A stretch of 57,345 nt of DNA, filler included, from Sphacelaria rigidula (Eukaryota), in NCBI GenBank assembly GCA_964200075.2. It is 6 parts of 6 records of this genome, joined end to end, with 100 filler letters (N's around TTAATTAATTAA, not from the genome) between each part and the next. Parts side by side here need not be neighbours in the genome. Positions count along the whole stretch, not along the records: positions 19,151 to 28,624 come from CAXNAA020008407.1; positions 28,725 to 38,198 come from CAXNAA020008408.1; 4 more parts are not named here. One strand, written 5' to 3'. The translations under genes were made by a program, and so were the position numbers. This document shows, one piece after another, positions 24,078 through 36,830 of this stretch. The notes beneath the pieces are model-generated. The model was not told the DNA's origin. It made no database searches and saw only the letters and a program-made list of their open reading frames with translations. Each line of letters begins with the position of its first letter. Position 1 is the first letter of the stretch.

Positions 24078-27000
24078 ATGTACGCTATCGAAATAGCTAG
24101 AGGTAAACTCCAACATATTAGGGAGATTGAGAGTGGGGTTTCATTCGAACTTTGGGCAAGGCGTGCAGTTTCGACTAATGGGCAAAAGGCTTGAGCAGGA
24201 TGACGAACAATCTCATCGTGAGATCAAAAGTACAAGATATGACTGAGAGAGCGATTTTACTCGAAAAAAGAGACATGTCTTTCCGGTTGATGGGCGAAAA
24301 GCCTAGGTTGGACGTTCAAGATGTTGATGTCTGGTGGCTTATCATGCAACTATCGTGAGATGAGAGCAGCTGTGATTCTCATGTGAAAATGTTCCGTGTT
24401 GGAAGTCACTGTTGTTTCGGACGACTGCGTACCGTTGGCCGGCAAGGAATGTTGAGTGTGAGATGTTGAATCACCATCGATCTGGAAGTACGCACAGACG
24501 AGATGGACCGCTCTCGCGCCGAGGCTCACGGTTTCGACTTTTCGGGAAAATATCTTCAGATAGCGTTTGATGAAAAATACACTGATGGAAGCACTCCGAC
24601 CGCACATCTACTGGACATCAGGTGGGCAATCTTGCCTCCTATGCGAGAATTGGGGAACTCTGTATTTGTCACCTGGTTCAGTTTTATTCCGTCACCAATA
24701 TTGCCATCAGCCGCTGCCAAAGATCAGTGTACGAACCCACGAGGGGTTTGCAGAATCGATGACACAGCTTCCGTGCCAAAAAAAGCACATTCATCCCCAC
24801 GTGTCGCAACGAACAGCACACACTAGTCACAACACTTGTACAGGGAAAAAACGATAAGCAAAACAGCTGCACACGATTTTTTACCACTCACCAATGAAGA
24901 TGGTGCTGAGGGCCTGTCTTAAGGCCCGTTCTAGCACATGAGTTCTCGATCGAAATTGTGCCGTGGAAAACGAAAAGCCCGATCTGATAGACTGATTTCA
25001 ATCATCTTCAAGATATTTCAGCTCAGGGTTGGGGTTAGGGCCAGGGTTCCCCAACAACCAGGGAGAGACAGTGTGAAGGTATGCTGGCTAACACAATGGG
25101 GTCCAGGAGGGCAGAGTAAGCAGCTCATTGTTCGTGCCCATGCCATTTATGGTTCAAGTGTTATGACCAAAATCAGAACTACTACTAGCCGGCGGAGTAG
25201 TCCATCTCAGTCCATCTCAGATGACCATATGGTGGGTATCCGCTCGTTTTGTCAAGGGTGTTGAGCCCTCAAACTTCAAGCAGTCGTTACGATTTCGCAC
25301 TCCATTGACGTTGTGACGCATCGAAACACTTTCCCGGCGTGTTTGATAAAAGTGCCCATGTGTTTGATTGTGAGCGAGTGTTGGAAGCTTCACAGGGCTC
25401 GAAAAGTCGGAAGCAGTGTATCTGCAGCTCAGAGCAGTGAGCCAATTGTAGCACCCTACTATCTGTGATTTTCGATTGAATATCCCGTGCCAGAGGATGG
25501 CCGAGGAGACGCCGTAACAGTTGGTCGTCGCAGTTCTTGATCAAGGTGAACCATGTTTTTATTTACTTCTTTTGCTCCTCAAGCGGTTGCTCTGAGTGGC
25601 ACCGGTGTGGTCTAAGGTCTTGAAAAATCAATTGAAGGAATGAATGCTACTGACTGATTTTTGGCAGTCCTGTAGTGGAGTGCTTGCCCCGACAATCGCG
25701 TTTCTTGTGGATGTCTGGTGTATGGGGCTGGCAGAGACCACTATGCGCCGGCTACCCTCGTTGACACCTATTTGCTACCGTATACCGCCAGAGTCTGAGA
25801 GCTCAGAAGCAGCTATTTCCCAGCGTGCAATGTACACGCCGTGCTGTATACCCTCTTAGACGGTATGCGTTGTTGCAGTTCTGGGGAGGAATGCAACACC
25901 GGCTGTGCACGTACATGGGGAGAGGGGTAAAAATATAGAACTTCTTTGCTACTTTTCTTCTTGGTGTTTGTGTTGATATCCTCTTCACTGCGTGTGCTGA
26001 GCGTCTTGAGAATAGCACGCACCTCTCCACACATGAGGTACAAAGATATACCACTGGGGGTGAGTAGTCTCCAATTAGTTCATGAAATAGTTCCAGTTCC
26101 GAAATGCCCCTCCGAGGCTTGACGCGCTTTCTGTAGAAGCTTGTCACTGAAGCCTTCGACATCCCCCAAGTGAGATATCAGCGTGTAGCTGTAAACATAC
26201 GACAGTGCTACAGGCAAGAAAAAGTAGGCCTTAGTTCGGTGTGTGCGCATGAAGTTGAGCATAATTTCGGTTTTTGAGCTTGAATAGACCTGTTTAGCGC
26301 GAAGCTTATAATCGGCTTAATACGCTTGAGACGAGCTTAACTTGATTGAAACGCGCACAAACGCGCATAAAATTGCGATACTCTTTTGCTCGCCAGTGCT
26401 CCATGTGGCGTAACTCGTCACCACACGGGCCGACAGGCGTCAGTCTTCAGACTCCAACACTTCATACTTCCAAATTTCCATGGTCATGTTTCGTGTTCCT
26501 CTTTTGTTGCTGGTCTGATGAGCAAACTGCTCCAGTTTTCATATAATGGACAGGGTACTACGTTGCTTTCAAAAATATGACAAGAGACTGGATAAATGAC
26601 ACGCTTGTACTAATTACACGAAGCAGCACGCAGGCTACGCCGGGGACTAGGTCCGCCAGCTTGCTGTCTTCCCGTTTGGAACTGACGAGGTCATGGCGGG
26701 CCTACTGTCCGTGAACTTCGACTTTTTGTTCGTAGCCTCTGGCGCGCACTCGGAGTACGGTTTGCTGTCGTTTCGGAATGACAACAAGAACAGGCTTCCC
26801 AGTTGGAAATCTCGTGGCGATGGATATTGTACCTATCCAGCCATGGTCCGCGTCCATGCAGCGAGTGTTTTTTGAGGGGGTACTTGATCTTCCGTGGTGG
26901 TAGCTTTTAGCTTGTAGCTTGCCGGGCGAGAGGCCAAAAGCCGCAATACCCTGTGTCTGAACGCTGCAAAACCCTACTGCTGTATCAAGTATCACGAGTG

Positions 27001-27653
27001 TGGGGACTTTTGTTATTTCCGTACGTGGGTTAGGGTGTAGGTGAGCAAGTTGTTGTCTCCAAACTCAATAACTGAAGAAGAGCTTTATTTTTTAGTATGA
27101 ACAATCAACGAAACTTCGAATGCCCAACTTGTCGTCTTGTCCTCATGCTAGAAGGCGCGCCTCGTGAGGGGATACTGCCACGACGCCACAACGAGGACGG
27201 GAATAAGGCGCATAAAGCGCGCCTAATTTGCGCTGAAAAGGCTTCAAATGGGGCTTGAAAACTAAATGAAAGCTTACAAAAGAAAAAAATGATGTTAAAT
27301 TCAAGATGAAAACGCCCATACGGAACTGGAGCCAACAGGGAAGCACACACAGGATAAGTAAGATACTCAAGTTGGAGCCAGTAATAAAACTCAAATCAAC
27401 GCTAGACTTCTCTCTCGCACGAAAGTATTGTTGTACTTACGCTCACTGCTGCAAGTGAGTGGAGTGTCCTTAGTACGGCTTTTTTTCTTGACTTTGGTCA
27501 CTTTGTTCTGGTTTCCATCTTAACTATTGTGCAAAATAGGCTCTGTTCCTGTTGTTTGGATGTCGGTTCCCCTCACAAGTTCAAGCCACTTGCTGACTGC
27601 TAACTGAGCTTCTGGGCGATCACGGTGTGACTGCCGTTCGTGTCGCTGTACAG

Positions 27654-27863
27654 GTTCCGCTGCAAATGATCGGTCGGTGCTTTGCGGGTTTTACGACACA
27701 AACGGCGGCCCCGAGTGGCTCAAAGTGAGGCGGAGAAACTGGAAAACAGCTGAGGACCTATCGCATTGGTCTGGCGTTACCGTGAATGCGGAGGGGCGTG
27801 TTATAAAGCTGGATCTGTCTGGTGGGAACCCTGGTACAAATTACAAACGCAACATGTTGACGG
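27654..27863 (+). CDS. LRR N-terminal cap exon of a brown-algal-type LRR / ROCO-like protein (SAANDRSVLCGFYDTNGGPEWLKVRRRNWKTAEDLSHWSGVTVNAEGRVIKLDLSGGNPGTNYKRNMLTG)
   Basis: TACAG acceptor and G|GTGAG donor; 210 bp, phase 1/1. Matches the DR..L...Y..TGG..W....NW.T...L..W.GV.V...GRV..LDL..N.L.G consensus. Confidence 0.88.
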
Positions 27864-28555
27864 GTGAGCGAATACAATGAACACCACCTGGTGCAGTCAT
27901 GCAGGCTGCGATGTGTTCGGTCGGCCCTTGCCATGCCCTGTCTTGGTGACGGTAGAAGCAGGTGGATTGAGCACACGACCAATACTCCCCCAGTTACTTT
28001 TGGAAAGCCACGGCGAACCTCTTCATCACGCGTGTTACGGCCTTGTCGTGGATGGGTCTGGTTCAGGCCGTCGATAGGCCGAGCATGCAGAACGATGTGA
28101 GATCGGGTGCGAGCGGTTTGTTCCTACTCTGTCCTTGCTCCCTGTAAGTCAATGGCGTAATCATTGACAAAGTGTAGTAGATGATGACAGGCGTTCGGTT
28201 GGCGTGCGTAGACGGGGTCGACCTGCCCCTTCCGTTTTCTACACATTGAAAATATCTGGATATTGGAGTGATGTTGGGACTCTCTCACCGAAGTGTGTGA
28301 AGGGAATGCATGAGTAATGTGCCACAGGGTGCATGCCTCGGACCGAGTCATTTCAAACCACGTCGCCCATGTACAGGGCTCTAGCAACCGACAGATGTTA
28401 CACACAGTATGATGCTCAGAATCGCTCCATCGTGGTTTGACCAAAAGGCGTCCAGTGACTCGTTGAACTCTCGTGAACAAAGTTACACGAATACCGTATC
28501 TGCTTTTTCGTGTCACTATTTCCTGGTTCTTGTCCTTCATTATCTTCTCTCTTCC

Positions 28556-28624
28556 GAGCAATGCTACGGTAGGGGTGCACTTTTTTCGCGAAATGTTGTC
28601 TGGTTCAGGGGCTGCCAACGATTC
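28556..28624. mobile_element. Left end of the 23524-type MITE, cut by the contig end
   Basis: GAGCAATGCTACGGTAGGG..TTTTTTCGCGAAAT..GGTTCAGGGGCT.C.AC.GATTC matches 23524-23585. Confidence 0.75.
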
Positions 28625-28724
28625 NNNNNNNNNNNNNNNNNNNNNNNNNNNNNNNNNNNNNNNNNNNNTTAATTAATTAANNNNNNNNNNNNNNNNNNNN
28701 NNNNNNNNNNNNNNNNNNNNNNNN
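28625..28724. other. Artificial 100-bp contig linker
   Basis: N-run, TTAATTAATTAA, N-run. Confidence 0.99.
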
Positions 28725-29400
28725 TGCCGTAGTGCAAAGCCCATTGGCGGCGCGTCCCTACAAAGCCGGGACGGAGCACGCCGGGTTTTCGCCGGATCAG
28801 GCTCCTTGAGGGGTGGGGTTTTTTGCCCGGATGGCTGGGTTTCCCCCTTGGTTTTTATTTTTATTAGAGAAAGCCACGACGACTGATATATCGGTTCAGA
28901 GGGGGTGTTCATGTGAACAGGTACACTGAGTGAACATGCACATGTGCGGATAGATTGATGCGGACGTACGGGTACTGGTAGTCGAGTGTGTGTGACTACA
29001 GCACCCTGCTCACGGCAGCTACGACGCTGCCTGCTGAGCCCACTCAACATCTGATCCCCCAGTCATAGGGTCGACTCAGTCTAGGCACTCTCCAATAATA
29101 CAAGAGATAAAAGTATCTATCCTTCGCCACGGGCTACGGAATATAGGTAAATGACCCGAATAGGTCGTAGCCCCGGCCACACGCGCCACCTCAATATCAT
29201 CAGTACCGTCGCCCGCTCCCGCCGCGGCCGCTCCACCGCTCCCGCCGCCAGCCGTCCTCTCAAGGGAGGCCCCGATCGAACGCAGGTCAACACTCGAACG
29301 TCCGGTGCAACTGTTTGCCGGACCGCACAAGCAGCGGCGTCACCAGCAGAGTAGCAGCAGTAGCAGCAGCGCCTTCTGTCGCCGCCGCCGCGGCCATACT

Positions 29401-29673
29401 CTACTGGTGGTTCTCTCCAGCCGTGTCAGCGATGCCATGTGTGGTTGTGGTCATCGACTGGAACGGACGAGGCCATGGGGATGATACCGTTTGGAGGTCG
29501 TTGGATCCTTCGGTATCGCAACGACGACGCCTGCGGCGATGTTGACCTGAAGGGTCGCTGGTGCTCCGGCGCATGGTGAAAGGCGGTAGCGATGTTGTGA
29601 TGTTGGTACCCATGCTGAGTTCCATGGTAATGGTGGACTTTGGGCTTCGGCTCTCTGGTGAGGCTATGTTCTT
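29401..29673 (-). CDS. Possible low-complexity terminal exon (KNIASPESRSPKSTITMELSMG..AGENHQ*)
   Basis: CCCTAG acceptor candidate and a GC-rich open frame; the GC-rich coding-like sequence continues to ~29080. No recognisable domain. Confidence 0.3.
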   Translation of the reverse strand, partial: KNIASPESRSPKSTITMELSMGTNITTSLPPFTMRRSTSDPSGQHRRRRRRCDTEGSNDLQTVSSPWPRPFQSMTTTTHGIADTAGENHQ

Positions 29674-30093
29674 CTAGGGAGTGGAGCTTGTGTTATGTAT
29701 GAGGGGTGCGGAGAGATCAACATGCGTGCTGTGTTTTAAAAGAAGGCAGGTGGTGTGTATCAGCCCTGAGAACCGGCTCCGCACCTGCAAACTCCCTGAG
29801 CATCGTTCCGCAGTTTTCATGTTTTCAGCACAATAGACAGCTCAAAACTCAAAATGTAAATCTTTGGAGACACGGACACTTATAAAGAGAACAGTGTCCC
29901 CTCGTAGTCGGGAAGGGTCAATGCTCCCTTACAGAGAGTACCAGACTCACGAGCCGGAGACCACGACAGTCTGACGACAGGGGGGGGGGGCGATTGCTAC
30001 ATCATTGTCTTCTTTTATCACAATCATCCGGCACTATTGTTGAGGACGCTTCCACATGAATATCTTGAGCTTTCTCTCAAAAACAGCCAATCC

Positions 30094-30523
30094 TCGAAAT
30101 TGATGTGGAGCTTTTCATAGAGGATGAAAGCCCGTAGGATTAAAATCCTCGTGCCCACACCAAATCTTCGAATTATGGTACCATTCCTTCACCTACTGGT
30201 AGCTATTGACAATTGTTACACGACCTATAAATTTGGATTTCTATAACCGGAATATTGGGGTCCTAGAGATGAAGACACAATTGTGGGGAAATTGGATGAT
30301 CCGATCAGATCGCCGAAATTTCCCACAATGGTTTTTTCACACCTAGACGAAGGCCCCAACATTTCGGTTGTCGAAATCCACATTTGTATGACGTGTAGTA
30401 CTTGTCAATAGCCACCCGTAGTAGATGAAGGACTGGAAACATATTTCGAAGATTTGTTGTGGATACAAAAGATCAGTTCCCCGCATTCTCATCCTCAATG
30501 AACAACTCCATCCTCAATTTTGA
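30094..30523. repeat. ~430-bp imperfect inverted repeat (foldback)
   Basis: CAAATCTTCGAA/TTCGAAGATTTG, CCTTCACCTACT/AGTAGATGAAGG, GCTATTGACAA/TTGTCAATAGC and ATTGTGGGGAAATT/AATTTCCCACAAT are nested around GATCCGATCAGATC (~30303). Confidence 0.9.
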
Positions 30524-31199
30524 TCGACTGTCCAAAGTCGAATGACCGTCCTTACGTGAAGTTTTTCTTTCAACATTTCACTTGGTTTCAGACTCGAACA
30601 GGGTGCAAGTTGCAACTTTCTCGGAAGGATCGCGGGTGTTCCCTGAGGCATGGTTTGCGCGTACAGCACAGTAGTAGTAGTGCTCGTCCAAAGGATATAA
30701 CACATATAACTTATATACCTACTCTTTGTGCTCGTCGTACAGCCAGCCTATATTTCTGCCTACTCAGGCAGATTAGCAGAACCTGCCCCAGAGTAGAACT
30801 AGTTCGGAACTTCCGGAGGCGGTACAATTGTGCAGACCCGCCTGTCCAACCAACACCTTCTTGAATCCACTCGCACACAACAGAGCCGGCACGTAGCACC
30901 CGCGCACAGCGCAGGGGTTGCAGACAGCCGACCTAGCTACTTTTGTGTAAATACGAGTAGATTGATTACATTTGGTGAGTATATACCTCACACCCAGTAG
31001 TGCACGACCGCACCGCATTGTTCCCAACACAGACGGCACCAAAGACTCAACACATTGCGCGCGCGCAGGATCCGCGCAGGGAGCGCACCAGCTACTTGTT
31101 GTGTGTGCAGATATTGTTTTTAGTAAGTGAATCCCCGACCCCCACGGACAATAAAGCAATATACTACTGCACAGCAATGTTCCCAATGCAGATAGTAGT

Positions 31200-32500
31200 A
31201 TGATCATTGGAGGGTAATTTCACCACTAGACGAAGAAGCCAGCGCTGACTACTTGTTCTAGTCTGGAGGTCGCCGTCTCGTATGCGCGGAGAGATTTCTC
31301 GCATGATGCGTATAAACCTTATCGCATATCGGTTGTGGCCTGGCTATGATGGTCAGTGGTGGTGAGGGTAGCAGTTATCACCCTTCGTTCCGTTACGAGT
31401 TGTGAGACGACACCGCGGACTTCAGAATGGAGTGCTAAAAAAACGTCGTCGATCCTGAAACGTTGGTGCCGAGCTGTTCTTCAGAATGGAAATTGTACCG
31501 TCACCGGACTTTCCCCTTCTACCCTGATCTGAAGTGCGGAAAAATACTTTTCGAACGTCTCTATGAATTGACACAGCATCAACTGTTCGTTGCTTCAACA
31601 ATGGAACACGATCGAATTCTGCCGATAGAGATTACTACAGAGGTACCCCAACCCAAAGGTTCCCGCTATATTTGACTGTGTCCGCAGTTAGAACCTCGAG
31701 TTTGAGATACACCTCTATTATGATTATTGCCGAATATACTATTGATAATGGTGCCACAATCAATCAATCACTCAATCAACCATACTATGGTGGATGTGCG
31801 TCACGAATTGGTCACCTCTTGTTGTTACATAATCTCCATTAACAATGAAAGTACATGAATTTTATAGGTGAGAGTGTGCGACACACCACCGTTGTTTGAT
31901 GTATTGATATACTGCAGGTAGGGGCGCGGATGGTCATGAAGAAAAACATAGTTGACTCTTTTGGGACCGGAGTTGACAAATAACCGGGGGTAAGGAGTTC
32001 TTACATTGTGAATCGGCATCACTTTCACTTGAAAACGAGAGAACATAATGCCGGATCACAGATATTGAACCCGGTGTAGCGACCAGGTCCTCAACCCCGG
32101 TTCAGTAGAGGTATCTCAAACTCGAGACTCCCGCTTCACCATAATTAACATATACCGGGAACCTCGAGTTTGACATATATCTCGTGGGGGTCCGGTCTCG
32201 AAAGGGTCGAAGGGCGATATCGGTACACACCAAATCATTCCTGCCCACCATACTGCATGTAAATATGGATCGCCCTCGAGTGCGGGAGAACTTCCACCGA
32301 AGAAAAAAAGGCGCGCACGCGCAAATGAATGATGAAACCGAATGTTTGCTATTTAACCGACCACCAACGGAGGCTGATATTGTTACGTTCATGCTAGATG
32401 CACCCGCCGAACCGGTGGGAAAACATAGACACACGAGGGAGATATTATCTCAATATGACGGTAAAGTTGACCCACGACCTTGGAAGGTGTAACCTGCGTA
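31200..32500 (+). pseudogene. Decayed PIF1-family helicase remnant (Helitron-like or another PIF1-bearing element)
   Basis: In order: SGGRRLVCA(G)DF (31262-31300, like FGG....GDF.QL); LFERLYELTQ; LQVGARMVMKKNI (31912-31950, like LKVGA.VML..N); RLPL; LTYISWGSGLERVEGDIG (like T.HK.QG..L..V..D.G). Many stops and frameshifts. Confidence 0.55.
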
Positions 32501-32596
32501 CCGTACTCGAAATGTGGAATGCCACTCGAGCATTCATTCCGTCCTGCTCAGCGTGTGCGCGACGATTTATCGTCGTCTCTCCGCAATTCGGTTTAA

Positions 32597-32694
32597 CCCT
32601 TGGACCACGAGATTAGTCTTTCTGGATCATGCATACTTTTTTTCACTTGAAATTGATGCCGATTCAACAGAAAACTAACCTCGCGGTCTAAGGG
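32597..32694. mobile_element. 98-bp piggyBac-like MITE
   Basis: TTAA|CCCTTGGACCACGAGATTAGT..ACTAACCTCGCGGTCTAAGGG|TTAA; copies at 46842 and 56541. Confidence 0.9.
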
Positions 32695-35647
32695 TTAATG
32701 ATCCCGGCCCCAAAGTATTCAATCATCCAGTTGGATAGCAACCAGCACCGTATATATGCGTATCTAGGTATTCATCCGCATGAAAACGTCAATGAAGCCC
32801 AGGGACATTTTCCAGGATCACGAGTCGCAACCCCCCCCCCCCCCTCGTTCCCCTCGCCCTAGTTGTCAGTACCATCACGACACCAGCGATCACCAACACC
32901 AACGCTCTTCATAAAAACCGACAGAGACACACACCTCTTTCAAAACCGAGTCCAACAATGCCGTCAGTCAGCAAGATGCTTGTTCTCCTCGCGGTGGTGG
33001 CTGCACCCACTGCTTTCGCTGGGACTTTCAGGGACGTGGATCACTTCGAGAAGTCTTCTGAATGTAAGTGATTGTTGTGGATTTGCCCGTGATCTGTGCC
33101 TTGATTTCTTTCAACAGGGATGGAGCTGCGATGGCTTCTAGCAGTGGTTTGATGTAAACTTTCGCCAGTGTTGACATAATCGACACTTTTTTGTTTTATG
33201 ACTTCGCCTTTCCTTTCAGATGTTGAACACGTTTTACTGTTATGCATTCACAACACTCACCCATCACTGGCATGCAATGCACGGAAATCAAGCCATCGAA
33301 CCCCTGTGCATGACATCCACGCTCTCCTGAAATGAGGATATGTTGCGGTCAACGTACTGCATGCCTCCTCAAGGTGTAAATGAAACACGCGGGTCAAGCC
33401 GTAGTATCCATTACTTCCCCCGTCGACCAGGGTGCACACCAACAAAAGTGGCCAGTAGGACTTGAGAACCCTTCTTTGCACTACTTTGTCTGCCCTCACT
33501 GCTGAGTCAGAACCTCGCATATATACCATGCACCCCAACGCAATACTTGATGTTTACATCCGAAGTTTTGCACCGTTTTTCGGTATGAAGGAAACCTCTA
33601 GAAGAAAGTACAGTATACAATACACAGCGTATGTATGTGAACATCCGGCGTTTGATGCAGCAGAACAAAGTGTTCCTCTACAACGCGCACCGCAGCAAGT
33701 CCAGGGTATGTATGACTCACTTGTGGGTGGCAAAATTAAGCGTGCAAGTGTTTCCCCACCACCACGCGACCTGTCGCAGCGTCCAAGTGCTCTAGTGCAG
33801 CCGGTGTCAAAACGGCGGGTGTCAAAACGCCGGCTGTTCCTATGATACGCTCGAGATCAGGATTTCACAAAGGTGTTGCGCTGATTTGGTTCTGCCCCGG
33901 CTGGTCTACAAATAAGGGAAAACGCACCTCTTGCCACATGGCATGTACGGCTTGCCGCACCCGCCGACTTTATGGCGCACAATGTTTCGCCGCAGGCGAG
34001 AATAACCGTGCGGCATGACCCAGATCGCCGAAGACGAACAACACAAATTGGCCCGGTGTTCTCGCCGTTTAGCCAGAAAAATCAATAGGACTACTTGTAC
34101 TTTTCCTCGCCGGAGTCTGTTTTTTCAAGTGATTCCCCGGTAACAGTCGTGCACATCTCCCCAAAATTTCGCCACCCGCGGCCCTCCCAGAGGTTGTCAC
34201 ACATATGACCTGCGGCCTATCCTAAGTCTTGTTCAAGAGTAACTCGCTTTCTTCACAGCGCATGTACCGTGTTTATGTACGTCGATTTCCCTGCAGACAG
34301 ATCCGGCAGAAGCCCTTGATCGGATCATACTCAAGTCGCGCGCTCATTTTTCCGTGACTAGATAGACCTGACATCCTTTTTCGTCACTGACTCAGTAGTG
34401 CTTCGCGTGGAGTGCATCCCCGCATGTTTGGGTCGTGTTACTCTGGGCATCTTGTAGAGATCCCAGCGCCCATATCATATCCTGCTACAGTACATGTTCG
34501 ATGAACGCCGGATAACATTCATGCCTTTCAGTGTATGCTGAAGCAACTTGTTGTGTAGGGCAACTTCCAGGCGGAATCCATGATCCCTTTGGGGTTGATA
34601 TGATAATGGGGCGGAAACCCGGAAGGTTAGTGTTGAGAATACCATAAGAATCACAACCTTATCCGACCGACTGGGAGTCGTCGGTATCTCTTGTGGCTTC
34701 AGTATTCGCAGAGTGTGAGTAGCTAGCAGGTGTACATCTATGTTGGAATCCGGCAGGGAGCTGGTGTCTGTAGCCCTGCGTAGAGCGGTTGTCGGAAAGA
34801 TTGCAAACCGTTCTCCACTTTTGTATGGGTGTTCACCTATCGGGTAAATATCTCATATAATGGTTCAGACAGAGGATCGTGAGTGCTCGCCCACAAAGTA
34901 AGATCACGTATCAGCCGGAGATTTCTGGACCGTAGCGCTGGGTTCTATGTGCGGAGCTGTGGCAGATAGCCGGCCATATTTGATGTGCGCATCGCCTAGG
35001 GCCTGACGTTCAGGCACTCAACACAACCTCGCAATGTGCCTAATAAATTGGCGCGCGTGTGTTGGCGATGCTGCTCACGACGTCACGTTCGCTCTTTTCC
35101 CCCACGCACGTACATGTTTTGGGCAACCGAACGAGCGTGGATGAATACTCGCCACATGCACAATCGATGGGATGTCTCATCATCTATTGTGGAGCGGATA
35201 AGGGGGATCCTTCGATTATCATAGAAGGGGCCACAACAAAATGTCGCCGCGAGCACCGAAATTTATTCATTTGAGGATTCTCGATTTTTCTTGAGAAATG
35301 AGTTTGAATAACGAAATGAAATGCGTCTAAATTTGACTGAAAAATTATATAGTATTTCGAATTTTTTTATCGGCCTAATACCCCTCGATCACGTGGAAAC
35401 TGTCTCAGCGCCTTTTTCAATCACCATGTAAGATCATGGCGCTGAGCGGAAGCGACATTTAACCCTGATTTTGAGGTCATGGAGTTTTCGAGAATTTGAC
35501 GCTTTCGCTCACTCCTGTGGTCTTTCAAAGTCGATGAAAGACATGAGACAGTTTCCACGCAATCGAGGGGCATCAGGCGGACGAAAACGTCACCGGGCAT
35601 AATTACCTCTTCTAGTTTTTTAGTGGAAAAGCACCATTTTGTCTCAG

Positions 35648-35897
35648 GAGTCATCCTACGATAGGGTGGGTGTATTTGATTGCACGGAAAAAAAGGCTGA
35701 TGAGTGTGTCAGATGACCTGCCACACTCGCGATGCGCTTGTATTTGGTTTAAAACGGTGCCAATCTGTACGAATGGGCGTTTTTTATCAATAACAAGCTG
35801 GTTCGAGCAACCGTTGCTGATTTCAGCGTCGATGCCTTGGATTTTGGTGCAAGAAGTGGCCCAAAATACCCCCCCCCCCCCTATCGTAGGATGACTC
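35648..35897. mobile_element. 250-bp MITE with perfect 19-bp TIR GAGTCATCCTACGATAGGG and TSD TCAG (Sola2-like)
   Basis: TIRs at 35648-35666 and 35879-35897; TCAG at 35644-35647 and 35898-35901. Confidence 0.85.
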
Positions 35898-35944
35898 TCA
35901 GGTTGACTGAGTTTTTGTTCAACCTCTTTTCTCAGGATCCTCCC

Positions 35945-36451
35945 GAGGGTCTGTCGAGAGAATTTTTCGGACACGGAGCCCCCCCCCCCCTCCGCTGCTT
36001 CCGGAGGGCAATTTTTCAAAAAATGTCACGAGTTTTTATTTATTTATTGCGGTTTTTTGTGATTTTTTGTTGATAACAATTGAAAGTTGTTAAAAAAACA
36101 CGGACAAAAACTGAAAAGTCTGGCGGGTTTTGCGAGGCTCGAATATTTGCTTCTGTCCGTGCAGCCGCCCTTGCTGCTCCATGCACATGATTCAACTGTC
36201 ACCATAGATCGCTCAGCACCCCTCTCTCTTGTTCACAGCAGATTGTATCAACATCATCATGCACATGGACGTTCAACATTCACAATCCCTGGTGTCACTT
36301 GGATGTCATGCCGACTACATCCACCGCACGTAGCTCGTTTACTGTTCTTCACCTATTTCGGGAGAATGTTGTGGTACAGATCAAACGGAAATGCAGCGAG
36401 AATTGATCGTATATCCAAGGATCTGTCGGGGAAAGATTTTCAGACACGGAG

Positions 36452-36482
<31 letters not shown>

Positions 36483-36830
36483 AGCCCCAAGATAAAGTCA
36501 TTCGTCTTTTGCATTTCTTTNNNNNNNNNNAAAAGAGAACGCAGCGAAAATTTAATCTTTAACCAACGGACTGTCGGGGAAAAGTTTTTCACCACGCGGC
36601 CCCCCCCCCCCCCCCCGCTTCCCGCAGGGCAATTCTCAGAAAATTGTCATGATTTTCTTGAAATTTTTGCTACTATTGTTGTTGAAGAAATTGATGAGGA
36701 CATACTCATGATAACCGAAAAGTCTGGTGGGCTTTGCGAGGTTCGTATATGTCCTTCTTCTCCTCACCCGCTCTGTCCCGATGACCTCGGATGCCGGCCA
36801 CGTTCACACACATGTATGCACACGAGCGCG
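35945..36830 (+). mobile_element. Three tandem copies or fragments of the hAT-like left end (starts ~35945, 36417, 36564); 10-N gap at 36521-36530
   Basis: Repeated (G)TCTGTCG.G..A.ATTTT..GACACGGAGC(C)n and AAAAGTCTGG.GG.TTTGCGAGG; homologous to 22800-23055. Confidence 0.8.

Noticed and set aside
28606..28624. CAG|GG GCT GCC AAC GAT looked like a second LRR-cap exon (AAND)
   Set aside because: The sequence aligns with the MITE interior at 23565-23585; the peptide similarity is coincidental.
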